Of a stretch of 64,000 nucleotides of DNA, positions 1 to 10,489 are shown in pieces. Position numbers and translations under genes: made by a program. The notes beneath the pieces are model-generated. The model worked only from the letters and a program-made list of their open reading frames with translations, had not been told where the DNA came from and did not search any database. Source of the DNA: an uncultured Verrucomicrobiae bacterium (GTDB lineage: Bacteria; Verrucomicrobiota; Verrucomicrobiia; Chthoniobacterales; UBA10450); assembly GCA_963726745.1 (NCBI GenBank), contig CAVSDR010000004.1, forward strand, positions 256,001-320,000, in the 5' to 3' direction. Positions within the stretch are counted from its first letter, which is position 1. Each line of letters opens with the position of its first letter.

Positions 1-3000
1 GGTCGCGTTCACGTTGACGCCATCGAGGCCGAGGTAGTAGGCGCTGAACGCCCGGATGCCATCCGCGGAGTACTCCGCAAAATCGCTCCCCACCCGGGCC
101 CAGCCGCCGATGAAACCATTAGCCAGCCCATTGATGAAAATGTGCGGGCCGTCGCTCCCGGTGCCGAGCGCACCGCCTAACGAGTTGAAGTTGACCGAGG
201 CGCCGCTGGTGATGGTGCCGAGGGCGGCAAAGATCAACGAGGAGCTGGTGCCAACGCCGCCCTGGTGGACCACGGTGACACTGGAAGCGCCGCTGAGGGC
301 GTTGAGCGCGCCGACTGTCTCCGTCGATCCGGTCGCATCCGAGATGAAACGAAAGGTGCCGCCGCCGAGCCGGATCGCGGCGGTATTGGAGATGCGATCC
401 GCGTGTTCCCCACCGCTGTTGTCGAGCGTCAGGGTGGTGCCGCTGTTGATCGTGAAGCTGGTCGCGCTCGCCGCGCTGCCGTTGTTCCCGGCGAGGAGCA
501 CGGCGCCCGCGTTTAACGTCACGGTGCCGCTGAAGGTATTCGCGCCGGAGAGCGTAAGCGTGCCGAAGCCGGATTTCACAAACGCACCCGTGCCGCTGAT
601 CGCGCCGGAAAACGCGGTCGAGGAATCGTCCGTCCCGGCATTCAAGGTAGCGGTCCCGAGGAGCACGCTCCCGGCGCCCGCGAGCGAGCCCACGGTTTCG
701 CTCTTGCTGTTTAGATTGAAAGTCGCGCCCGCGCCGACCGTGACGGCCGAGGTGTCGGCAATCACATTGGCCACGCCGAGCGTGAGCGTGCCGTTGCTGA
801 TCGTGGTCGCGCCGGTGTAAGTGTTCGCGCCGCTGAGGGTGAAGATCCCGCTGCCTGTTTTCGTGAGGCCGCCGCTGCCGCTGATGATGCCGGAAAAGGT
901 CGTGGCCGAATTATTCGCTCCCACGCTCAAGATTCCGCTCCCGAGCGTGACGCTGCCGCCGACTCCCGCGAGCGAGCCGATGGCTTCGTCGTAATCGTTC
1001 AGGTCGAAAATCGCCCCGGTCGAAAGCGTGACCGCGGAAGCGGCCGAGATGGAATTGTCCACGCCCGAGGCGCAACGTGCCGGCGCTGACCGTGGTCGCG
1101 CCGGTGTAGCTGTTCGCGCCGGCGAGGGTCACCACGCCGGCAGTGGTTTTCGTTAGGCCAACCGGGCCACCGAGGATGACGCCGATCGCGCCGCTGCTGA
1201 CCGCGTAGTTGGCGTTGCTCGTGAGCGTGGAGCTGCCGCTGCCGGTGATGCTGCCGCTGGTGAGCGTGACCGTGCCGACGGTGTCGCTGTGATCGGCCCC
1301 GAGATCGAGCGTGCCGCCATTGATCGTGACGCCGCCGCTGCCGAGGGCATCGCTCACTCCGTAGGCCAGGGTGCCGGCGCTCACGGTGGTGAGACCGCTA
1401 AACGTGTTTGCGTTGCTCAGCCGGACGGTTCCGCCGCCGATTTTCGTCAGGCCAAAGGCACCCGAGATGATCCCGGCGAAGTCCACTCCGCCGCCTGTCG
1501 CAGCGGTGACCGTCAGGAGATGGCTCAGGTTGATCGGGCCGGAGAAAATGTTGATCCCGGTGGTGTTCTGGCCGCCGAGCGTGAGCAATCCCGTGCTGCC
1601 GGCGCGGACGTTGATCGTGTTTGCGATCGTGCGCCCGGTCGCGGTGCCGAAAAGCAGGCTGGCCGCGTTCGAAGTCGTGATCGTGTCGCCTAAATTCACC
1701 GCCGCGGAGCCGAGCGCGCCATCGACCACGAGCGGGCCGTTCAAGAGGTCGGTCGTGCCGGTGTAGGTATTGGCGCCGCCGAGATAAAGCGTGCCCAGGC
1801 CAGTCTTGACCAACCCGCTGCTGGCGGTGCCGTCGGAGATCACGCCATTGACGATGAAATCGTTATCCCCGGTGACGGCGTTGTTGTTGATCAGGAAAGT
1901 GCGGGTGCCGTTCAAGCCCAGATTGGCGCTGACCGTGGTTACAGCGGTGGTCAAGGCGGTGGCGGTGACGTTGCCGCCGAGATCGAGCCGCCCGCTGCCG
2001 ATGATGCTGCCGCCAGTCGTGGTCAGCGCGCCGATGCGTTCGGTGAAGCTTTGCAGGTTGAGGACGCCGTCCAGCTTGAGATTGACCGTGGCCGCGTCGG
2101 GGACCTGATCGGCCGCATTCCATTGCACGATCGCGGAACCGGCCGCGCCTAACGAATCGCCGATCGTAAGCGTGGTGCTCGCAAAGGCATTGACGCCCGC
2201 GGTCTTGGCCAGGAGGAGCGTGCCATCGTTTACGATCGAGCTGCCGGAGTAGGTATTCGCCGCCGTCCCGCCGAGCGAGAGCGTGCCCGTGCCACTCTTG
2301 GTCAGGGCGAATGCTCCGCCGACCACGCCGCCGAACGCGACCGAGTTGTTGACCGTGAGCGTGACCGCTTTCGTCATCGTCACCGCGTTCGTGAAAGTGA
2401 AATCGTTCGCGCCGGAATAGGTGGTGTTACCGCCGAGGGAAACCAGGTTTCCGATCGTGCGGGCCCCGCCGCCGGCCTGGAGCGTGCCGGTGGTAAGGGT
2501 CAAGGTGCCGGTCCCGGCCGCCGCATCATTCCCCAGCACGAGCGTGCCCGCGCTCAGCGCGGTGCCCAGCGTGTAGGTGTTCGCGTTGTTCAAGACCAAG
2601 GTGCCGGCCCCGGTTTTGGTCAGTTTGCGCGCACCGCCGGATATGAGGCCATCGAAGGTCACCACGCCCGTTCCGCTCACGGTCAGCGTGCGGCTTCCGG
2701 TCATATTCACCGCCCCGCTGAAGCCGAGCGCCTCGGCCCCACTGAAGGTGGGATTGCCGGCCAGCGTAAGGGCGTTTGCGAGCGTCCGCGCCGCGCCGCC
2801 GGTATTCAACGTGGCCGTGCCGAGCGAAAGCGTCCCCGGCCCGATCGCGGAGTTGCTCCCCATGCACGAGCGTGCCCGCCGAGAGCGTCGTCGTGCCGGT
2901 GTAGCCATTAACGCCAGACAAAGTGAGCGTTCCCGTGCCGCTTTTGGTCAAGCCGCCGGCGCCGGTGATGTTTCCGGCAATGCTGGTGTTGAAGGCTCCG

Positions 3001-3477
3001 GTGAGCGTAAGCACAAACGCTCCCGTGCTCACATTGCCACCGAAAGCGAGGCCGCCGGCGCTGGCGTTCCACGTCTGCGCGCTGCCGAGCGTGAGGTTGT
3101 TGTTAATCGTCTGCGTGCTCGTGCTGCTGTTTAAAATTCCCGCCGCGGTCGTGATCGTGTAGGTCCCGGCGCCTCCGAGGGTGAAGGCAGCCGGCGGTCG
3201 CATTAAAGCTGAGCGAGCCGACCGAGAGGCTGGAAGTGAGCTGCGCCAGGAGGCTGCTGGTGCCCGCGAAAATAAGGAGGTCGCCCAGGAGCGGGCTCTG
3301 CGCCGGACTCCAATTCCCCGCGGTCGCGACGTTGCCGTCGCCGGCCGACCCGGTCCAGGTGAGCGTGGCCGCCGGCAGCGGGGAGCGCGGGAAAAAGGCG
3401 CAACAAAGCACCGCGGAGACGAAGGAAAGCTTCCTCGTCGCCGAACGATTGGCACTTCTTCTAGGCCCGCGGGACAT
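1..3477 (-). CDS. Large secreted autotransporter-associated beta-strand repeat (PATR) protein; runs off the left edge; frameshifted at ~3195, ~2865 and ~1060
   Basis: ORF pieces 3103-3477, 2526-3455 and 911-2908 plus the frame continuing to base 1 join into one protein. It has a signal-peptide-like N-terminus, 'LTWTG...NWS', and many 'LTKxGxGTLxLxxxNTYTGxTxxxAGTL' repeats. Confidence 0.85.
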
Positions 3478-3552
3478 CTCGCGTTCCTAAGCGGCTACCG
3501 TGCCATGGGGGCACGTGCCTCGGCGCCGGCCGGGGAAGAGACGGCCGCGCGG

Positions 3553-4323
3553 CTACCGTTTACTGGCCAGAGTGCTGGCTAATTTCACGTCCAGCTGGCG
3601 ATTGATTTTCGCCGCCCAGGCGCGTGAGGCCTCGGTGTTGTAGTGAATCCCGTCGCCGCCGGTCTGCCCGCGGATGTAGCTGGTTAATTCCCGCGAATCG
3701 ATCACCTCAAAGCGATTCCGCCGCGCCGCCGCCTGGATGAGTCGATGGATGCGATCCTGCCGCTTCCGGAGCGCGGCCGAATCCGGCGGAGCAATCCAGA
3801 CGATTTGCTGCACGCCGGGCGCGCGGACCGCGCGGATGAAGCGGTCGGCAAAACGGCTGATCTGCGCGTCGCTTAGATTCCGATCCATCCAATTCGTCCC
3901 GAGCTGAACCAGCACCACCGTGGGCCGGTAGCGCCGGACGAGCCCTTCCACCTTCGGCGTGAGCGTCGAGCGCGGGCGCTTGCCGTTCACGAAATCGCGG
4001 AAGACCGGGCGGCCATCCGGGGTCACTTCGCGATAGCCGCAGTGGGTGTAGAAGTTTGGCTGGTCCGCCAGCCAGTTTTCCGGCGAAGAACCGCAGGAGG
4101 CAAAGGCGGCCACGTTTTGCGGGCCGAAGCGCGTCGCCAGGTGGCGCTGCACCGCCTCGCCGAATGGCCCCGCGGAGAGCGAATCGCCAATCATAAGGAC
4201 GCGCGCGGTCGCGCGGTTGCTCGCCGCGGTGGGCGCAGCCGGGCGCGCGGTGCCACCGGCGATGAGCGCGAAGCTCCCGAGGCAAAGGGCCATGGCAAAG
4301 AGCGTGAGCAGCGGGCGGAACAT
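3553..4323 (-). CDS. SGNH/GDSL-family hydrolase or acyltransferase with N-terminal signal/TM segment
   Basis: Motifs 'IGDSL', 'LGTN' and 'DGIHY'; ATG at 4323. Confidence 0.8.
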   Translation of the reverse strand: MFRPLLTLFAMALCLGSFALIAGGTARPAAPTAASNRATARVLMIGDSLSAGPFGEAVQRHLATRFGPQNVAAFASCGSSPENWLADQPNFYTHCGYREVTPDGRPVFRDFVNGKRPRSTLTPKVEGLVRRYRPTVVLVQLGTNWMDRNLSDAQISRFADRFIRAVRAPGVQQIVWIAPPDSAALRKRQDRIHRLIQAAARRNRFEVIDSRELTSYIRGQTGGDGIHYNTEASRAWAAKINRQLDVKLASTLASKR

Positions 4324-4331
4324 CTTGCTGG

Positions 4332-5723
4332 CTAACGATGGTTCGGATGCTTCGCCAGGTCTTCCAGCGGGATGAACGGCGTGAGATTGATCTGGCCCGT
4401 CTCGTCCCGCATTTTCGCCGTGTTCCATAGCGTGCCTTCCAGCGGATGGAGCCGTAATTTATAGCGTTTGCCGAGCCGAAACTTCTCCAGCTTCTGCGGC
4501 TTGAGCCCAATGAACGCCGGGTGCATCACCAAAATCTGCGCGTCGGCATACTGCCCGCGCACGACCTTGTCCACGCGGTAGACGTAAGCCACCAGCGCCT
4601 CCTGATACGGCAGCAGCTCGCGCAATTGCATCGGCGCGGACTTGAAAACCAAGGTCGCTTTCACGATCAGCGGCTCGAATTTTTTCGGCGGCGGGGCCGG
4701 CGTGAGCACGGGCGCGGGGGTGCTCACCGGCTCCGCGCGCTGCGCCACCGGCTCGGCCCGGAGCGCGACCGCTTCCGCGCGTTGCGGCACGGGCTCGGCA
4801 CGTGCGATCGGCCCGCTCCCCTGCCCCAGCGGCTGAAGTGCGGCGATCGGCTGCTGCGCCAGATCCTGCTGGATAATGGCGTAAACTTTGTCGGCCCATT
4901 CATCCATCTGCGCGCCGAGGAAGTGCTCCTTATCCGGCTCCATGTGCTGGTAGGGATACGTGACGAGCTTGCGGCTATCGATCACCTGCACCTCGGGGCC
5001 GAGATTTTCTTGCACCTGCTGGAGGAGGAAATCCTGCACTTCCGGCGCGACCCGGCCGGAGGTAGGCGGGTTGACCCAATAGATCTTCTTGATCGGCGAA
5101 GCGCCGCTAATCGCCTTTTCCTTGAAGGGCTGGAGGTATTTCCGCAGCTCCGCGGTGTGCCGGGCCACGTGGACCGATTTCGCGTCCGGGAAAAGGCCGA
5201 AAAGGTTGCTGCCGGTTTGCACCACGAGCACGTCCGGCTTGGCCGCGTCGAGCAATTCCTCGAGCTTTGGGACAAGGTGCGCCTTGGGCACATGGCCCGG
5301 GCTCATCCCGTAGACGTCCTGCATTTCGCGCGGCTCCTGCCCGAGCGACTCGATGCTCCAGTAGCCGCACTGTGTGCGCACGTTGCTGTAGGGTTTTTCC
5401 TTCAGCCAGCTCAATGGATTCGTCCCGCAGGTCATGTAGCTGAAGGTGGCGTTGACCTTCGGGTCGTTCCGGAAAAGGAAATCGAGATGTTTCCCAAAGC
5501 CGCAGAGCGCGAGCGAATCGCCCAGGAAGAGGACGTTTAATTTTCCCGCGGGCGCTGGATTGGCCTCCGGCAAAGGCGGCGCACTCGGAGCCGGCGCGGC
5601 CGCGGGTTTGCTGCGCGCGGCGAAGGAGCTGCCGGCGAGTGCGAGCAGACTCGTTAGGCAAATAGCCCGCGTTCTCCACCGTTGCCCCCCTTTGTTCATG
5701 CGCGCGGCTTCCTTGAACCCCAT
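4332..5723 (-). CDS. SGNH-fold protein with Pro/Ala linker and C-terminal beta domain
   Basis: Motifs 'LGDSL', 'TGSN' and 'DKEHF'; signal-peptide-like N-terminus. Confidence 0.7.
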   Translation of the reverse strand: MGFKEAARMNKGGQRWRTRAICLTSLLALAGSSFAARSKPAAAPAPSAPPLPEANPAPAGKLNVLFLGDSLALCGFGKHLDFLFRNDPKVNATFSYMTCGTNPLSWLKEKPYSNVRTQCGYWSIESLGQEPREMQDVYGMSPGHVPKAHLVPKLEELLDAAKPDVLVVQTGSNLFGLFPDAKSVHVARHTAELRKYLQPFKEKAISGASPIKKIYWVNPPTSGRVAPEVQDFLLQQVQENLGPEVQVIDSRKLVTYPYQHMEPDKEHFLGAQMDEWADKVYAIIQQDLAQQPIAALQPLGQGSGPIARAEPVPQRAEAVALRAEPVAQRAEPVSTPAPVLTPAPPPKKFEPLIVKATLVFKSAPMQLRELLPYQEALVAYVYRVDKVVRGQYADAQILVMHPAFIGLKPQKLEKFRLGKRYKLRLHPLEGTLWNTAKMRDETGQINLTPFIPLEDLAKHPNHR

Positions 5724-5754
5724 CTTCCCTCCGCGTCAAGCCGGCCCCAGCGGC

Positions 5755-6784
5755 CTACTTCGCAATCGGCTGCACCACCCAGCCCTGGTCGGCCTCGGTG
5801 AAGTCGCGCGCGGCGAAGCACCAGACGACGACTTTCTTTTTCGCGAGAAAGTCCGGTTCGCTCCGGCTCCGGCGATAGAGGCTCACCCGCACCGCCGTGG
5901 CCCCGGAGCCGCGCGTGCCGATGAGATCGGGCGCGAAGCCCAGCTCGGCCGCGAGTTGATCGAGCAAGCCCGCGCGTTCCGCGAGGAACTCGTGGAAGAC
6001 GAGCGTGTGGCTGTCGCCTAACAAGAGCACCGGGCTGTTGGGATCCGGCTGCACCGGCGGCGAAATTTGCCGGATGGCGATCGGCTCCGGCGGCGGTTTG
6101 GCGCCGCCCGGGGTGAGCAGGCTCAAGTCGCCGACGATGTTGATCTCCTTCCACTCTTTGGTGTAAGGCCGGGCCGGCGCCGGCAGACTCGTTAGGCGCT
6201 CGCGGATGCGCTGCGCCACCGCCTCGCCCGCCAGCGCGCAGCCAATCCCCGACCAGTGACTGTCGGTCTTGCAATCGACGTAGCCGCGCGCGCTCTCTTT
6301 GTTGCGCGTAAAGAGCGGCGCAAGGTCGAGCACCTCGACCCCGTGGCTCGCGGAGTTCGGCATAGAACGCCTCCAGCGCAGGCATCGCCGCCGCGGGCGC
6401 ATTCGCGATGCCGATTTTCTCCGGGTAAATCCCGGCCTTTGGCGGCACTGGCACGAGCAGGAGCTCGATATTCCGCTCCTTCAGTTGGCGGTGGAAATCG
6501 AGGATCGCCGGGAGCGGATCGGCCGCGCTCGGCTGGCGCGCGCGGCTCACTTTCGCCGCCGCGTCGCCCCAGAAACGGCCCTGCGCGAGGAAGCGCAATT
6601 CGCTGGCTAAAAACAGCCAGCCTTCTCTCCCCGCGATCGCGCCGGCGTTCGCTTTCTCCGCTGCGGTCACGCGCGCCGCGAGCTCTTTCTGGAAAGCCTC
6701 CTGCTCCGGGGAAACCGCGACCTCGCCGCGCACCAGGGCCGCGGTAAGGGCAAGGAAGAGGCCGGGGAAAGTCGCGAAACGCAT
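5755..6784 (-). CDS. AlgX/AlgJ-like O-acetyltransferase (SGNH-like); frameshift at ~6345
   Basis: 'GREGWLFL' and 'VPVPPKAGIYPE' in one frame; 'KTDSHWS', 'LLGDSH' and 'VVVWCFAAR' in the next. Confidence 0.8.
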
Positions 6785-6879
6785 CGGAAACGGGAAAGGA
6801 AACCGGAAGCCGTCCGGGAGCAAATGCGAGACGCTTTTTCCCCTTTCACCCTTGCGCACTCTCCGCACTATATCGGCGC

Positions 6880-8349
6880 GTGGTTTTCAGCTCGCACATC
6901 TTTCTCTTCTACTTCCTGCCGCTGGCGCTGCTCGGTTACTACGCGCTCGTGGCCGCGCCGCAGCGCTGGCGCAATGGCTGGCTCATCCTCACCGGCTACA
7001 TTTTCTACGGCTGGGCCGAGCCGCGCTTCATCATCCTGATGTTCGCCACCACCTCGATCGACTGGCTCATGAGCCTGGTGATCGCGCGCGATTCCTGGCG
7101 CTGCTGGAAAGGCGGGAGCGTCGCCGCTTTGCCGAAGCGCGGGCCGCGCTCGCGCACCCAGCATAGCGCGATCGTCATTTCGGTGGTCTCGAATCTCGTC
7201 GTCCTCGGCTTCTTCAAGTACTTCAACTTCGGGGTCGAGAGCTACAACGACCTCGTGCAGTCGTTAGGCTGGGCCAATGTGCAGTTCGACGCTTTCTTCC
7301 GCGTGGTCCTGCCGCTCGGGATCAGCTTCTACACCTTCCAGGCGCTCAGCTACACGATCGACGTCTACCGCGGCGAGGCCGAGGCGATGGCTAATTTCGT
7401 CGACTTCTCCTGCTTCGTTTCCATGTTCCCGCACCTGGTCGCGGGGCCGATCCTGAAGTTCTCCTTTCTCGCGGAGCAGTTGAAGCACCGCACGCTCACG
7501 AGCGAAAAATTCGCGCGCGGGGTGAGCTTTTTCATGCTCGGGCTGGCCAAGAAAATCCTGCTCGCCAATCCGTGCGGGAAGATCGCCGACACTTGCTTCG
7601 ATGCCGGCGCGGTCGGGACGGTTGACTCCTGGTTTGGCGCGGTCGCTTACTCGTTCCAGATCTATTTCGACTTCAGCGGCTACTCCGACATGGCGATTGG
7701 CCTCGGCCTCATGCTTGGCTTCGTCTTCGCGAAGAATTTCGATTCGCCCTATCGCGCGGAATCGATCACCGACTTCTGGCGCCGCTGGCACATCTCGCTG
7801 TCTACCTGGCTGCGCGAATACCTTTACATTCCGCTCGGCGGGAATCGCGGCACGCTCGCCCGCACCTACGCGAACCTGATCATCACCATGATCCTCGGCG
7901 GCCTCTGGCACGGCGCCTCGTGGAATTTCGTCCTCTGGGGCGGCCTGCATGGCGGGATGCTGGCCTTCGAGCGCAGCCAGGGGCGCGAAGGGTTTTATCA
8001 CCGCCTGCCGAAGCCGCTGCGGATCGGCGTGACCTTCCTGATCGTGCTCATCGGCTGGGTCTTCTTCCGCGCCTCCGACCTCCATGCGGCCACGAGTTAT
8101 TTAGGCAGCATGTTCATGCTCCATCAGGTGCCGGCGGGCGCGGGTTTGCTCGCGGGCATCATCTACCAGCCGTATTACCTGCTCTCGTTAGGCGCGGCCG
8201 CGCTGATCGTCTGGGCCGGGCGGCAAACCTGGGAATGGACCCAGCGCATGACCTTGCCGAAGACGGCGGTTTGCTTCGGGCTCGGCTGGGTCGCGCTCAT
8301 CGTCCTCGCGACCCAGGAATACAATCCGTTCATCTATTTCATCTTCTAA
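6880..8349 (+). CDS. algI: MBOAT family O-acyltransferase, AlgI-like
   Basis: GTG start; motifs 'LPLGISFYTFQ', 'FDFSGYSDMAIG', 'DFWRRWHISLS', 'GLWHGA' and C-terminal 'NPFIYF'. Confidence 0.9.
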   Translation: MVFSSHIFLFYFLPLALLGYYALVAAPQRWRNGWLILTGYIFYGWAEPRFIILMFATTSIDWLMSLVIARDSWRCWKGGSVAALPKRGPRSRTQHSAIVISVVSNLVVLGFFKYFNFGVESYNDLVQSLGWANVQFDAFFRVVLPLGISFYTFQALSYTIDVYRGEAEAMANFVDFSCFVSMFPHLVAGPILKFSFLAEQLKHRTLTSEKFARGVSFFMLGLAKKILLANPCGKIADTCFDAGAVGTVDSWFGAVAYSFQIYFDFSGYSDMAIGLGLMLGFVFAKNFDSPYRAESITDFWRRWHISLSTWLREYLYIPLGGNRGTLARTYANLIITMILGGLWHGASWNFVLWGGLHGGMLAFERSQGREGFYHRLPKPLRIGVTFLIVLIGWVFFRASDLHAATSYLGSMFMLHQVPAGAGLLAGIIYQPYYLLSLGAAALIVWAGRQTWEWTQRMTLPKTAVCFGLGWVALIVLATQEYNPFIYFIF

Positions 8350-10074
8350 ATGGACGATCGGAAAACATCCCGCCAGGGCGCGGTCGGCACGGACGAGCCG
8401 CGGCTCCCGGAACGTTCGCTCCCGAGTTACGGCGAGCCAACGCCGGAGACGCATCGCAAACTGACCCGCGAAGAGGAAGCGGAGCTCGCGCTCAAGCGGA
8501 CCGCCTTCACCCGCTGGACGCCAGTGGTCTTGATCGCGTTTTTTCTGCTCACGATCGCTGCCGTGCCCGCGATCCAACTGGTGGCGGAACTGCGTGGGCC
8601 GCAGCGCGGGTTGCCGATGCTGAACGTCCTGAAAACGCTGCCTACTTGGGAGAAATTTCGCGGGCTGCGCCGCGTTCCCGGAGCTCACGGGACTGCTCCC
8701 ACGTGCGGAGGAGATCAAGGCCGCGGAAAAAGAACTCGAAGGCGACTCGGTGGTTTCGAAATGGCTCCTGCCGCCGGCGCAGGCGCTCCTCGCTGGGCGC
8801 CTGCGCGCGGGCACCGAGCAGGTTTACCTCGGCCGCGACGGCTGGCTTTTTTACCGGCCGGATGTGGACTACGTGACCGGCCCGCCTTTCCTCGCCCCGG
8901 CGCGCCTGCGGCATCGGGCGCACCTCGCCGCGGTCCAACCCGACCCGGTGCGCGCGATCGTGCATTTCCGCGATCAACTGGCAGCGCGCGGGATCGAGTT
9001 GGTGCTCGTGCCGGTGCCGACCAAGGCCACGCTCCAAGGCGAAATGCTGAGCGCGAAAGTGCCGGCTAACGAGTTGTTACAGAACGCATCGTTCGCAGAA
9101 TTTAAGCAGCGACTTCAGGCCGCCGGCGTGCGGCTCTTTGATCCGGCGCCGCTCTTGCTCGCGCGCAAACCAGCCCCGCTTTACCTGCGCACGGACACGC
9201 ACTGGCGCCCGGAGACGATGCAGTTCGTGGCCAAAGCGCTGGCTAATTTCCTCACGCTCCCGCCCGCCGGTGGAAGTGACGCGCAACGGCGATGCAGCCG
9301 GAGAGATCGCCGGCCAGGGCGACATCGCCCGCATGCTCAAGGCGCCGGAGGAAGCGCCGGAGCGGGTCACGATCGAACAGGTGCTGCATGGGACCGGCGT
9401 CTGGCGGCCGTCGCCGGACGCGGAGGTGCTACTTTTAGGCGACAGCTTCACCAACATTTTCTCGCTCGAGGCGCTCGGCTGGGGCGAGGCGGCCGGCTTC
9501 GCCGAGCACCTGAGCGCGGCCCTTGGCGGCCGTCCGCTCGACGCCATCCTGCGGAATAGCGATGGCGCCTTCGCCACCCGCGAAATTTTAGCCAACGAGC
9601 TTGGCCCGCGGACGCGACCGGCTCGCGGGCAAAAAGCTCGTCATCTGGGAATTCGCCGCGCGCGAGCTGGCTTTCGGGAACTGGAAGCTGCTCGATTTGA
9701 AACTCGGGAAGGCGCGGCCGACCGGCTTCCTTTCGTTAGGCAAAGGCGAGACGCTCGAGGCGTCCGGCACGGTCGCGGCCATCAGCAGCGTCCCGCGGCC
9801 GGGGACCGTGCCCTATGCCGACCACGTGCTCGCGGCGCAGCTGACCGATGTTTCCCTTCCCGGGAAAGAGCCGATGGAGGCGGTCGTCTACCTGCTCAGC
9901 ATGCGGGACAACGTCTGGACGCCCGCCGCGCGCCTGCGCCCGGGCGACCATATCCGGCTGCGCTTGCGGCCTTGGGCGGAGGCAGCGCCGGAGTTCGAGC
10001 AAATCAACCGGAGCGAACTGGACGATCCGGCGTTGCAATTGGAGGAGCCGGTCTGGGGCGAATTGCTCCCGTAG
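8350..10074 (+). CDS. AlgJ-like O-acetyltransferase with extra C-terminal domain; frameshifts at ~8680, ~9290 and ~9600
   Basis: Consecutive fragments carry a TM segment, 'GRDGWLFY', 'VPVPTK', 'RTDTHW', 'LLGDSF' and 'LVIWEFAAREL'; the gene starts immediately after the algI stop. Confidence 0.78.
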
Positions 10075-10174
10075 CGGAACGGTTGCAATTAGCTCGCTTC
10101 CGTGTTGAATATCCACCCGCTTCCCGGCTCGGCTGAGGCCGGCGCCATTCGGCGGTCATCTACCTTTCAAATCC

Positions 10175-10487
10175 ATGTTTATCCATTGCTTGCGCAAGCC
10201 GCCTCCCGCCGCCGCCGGACCAAATCCCGCTGGCTTCCTTTATCCCGATTATCCTGATCTTCGTGATCATGTATTTCCTGCTCTTCCGTCCGCAGATGAA
10301 GCGGCAGAAAGCGCAGGCCGCGATGGCTTCGGCCTTGAAGACGGGTGACCAGGTGATCACCGCTTCCGGGATTCACGGGCTGGTCTCGAACGTCAAGGAG
10401 CGGACGGTGATCGTGAAAGTCGCCGACAACGTGAAGCTCGAGATGGAAAAGTCCGCCATCACTACGGTGGTCAAAGCCGAAGCCTAA
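10175..10487 (+). CDS. yajC: Preprotein translocase subunit YajC (5' end uncertain or frameshifted)
   Basis: 'MYFLLFRPQMKRQK', 'LKTGDQVITASGIHG'; directly upstream of secDF. Confidence 0.9.
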
Positions 10488-10489
10488 GC

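Noticed and set aside
4700..4800. Short tandem-like repeat encoding 'RAEPV/RAEAV'
   Set aside because: It is a low-complexity linker within the SGNH protein, not an independent element.
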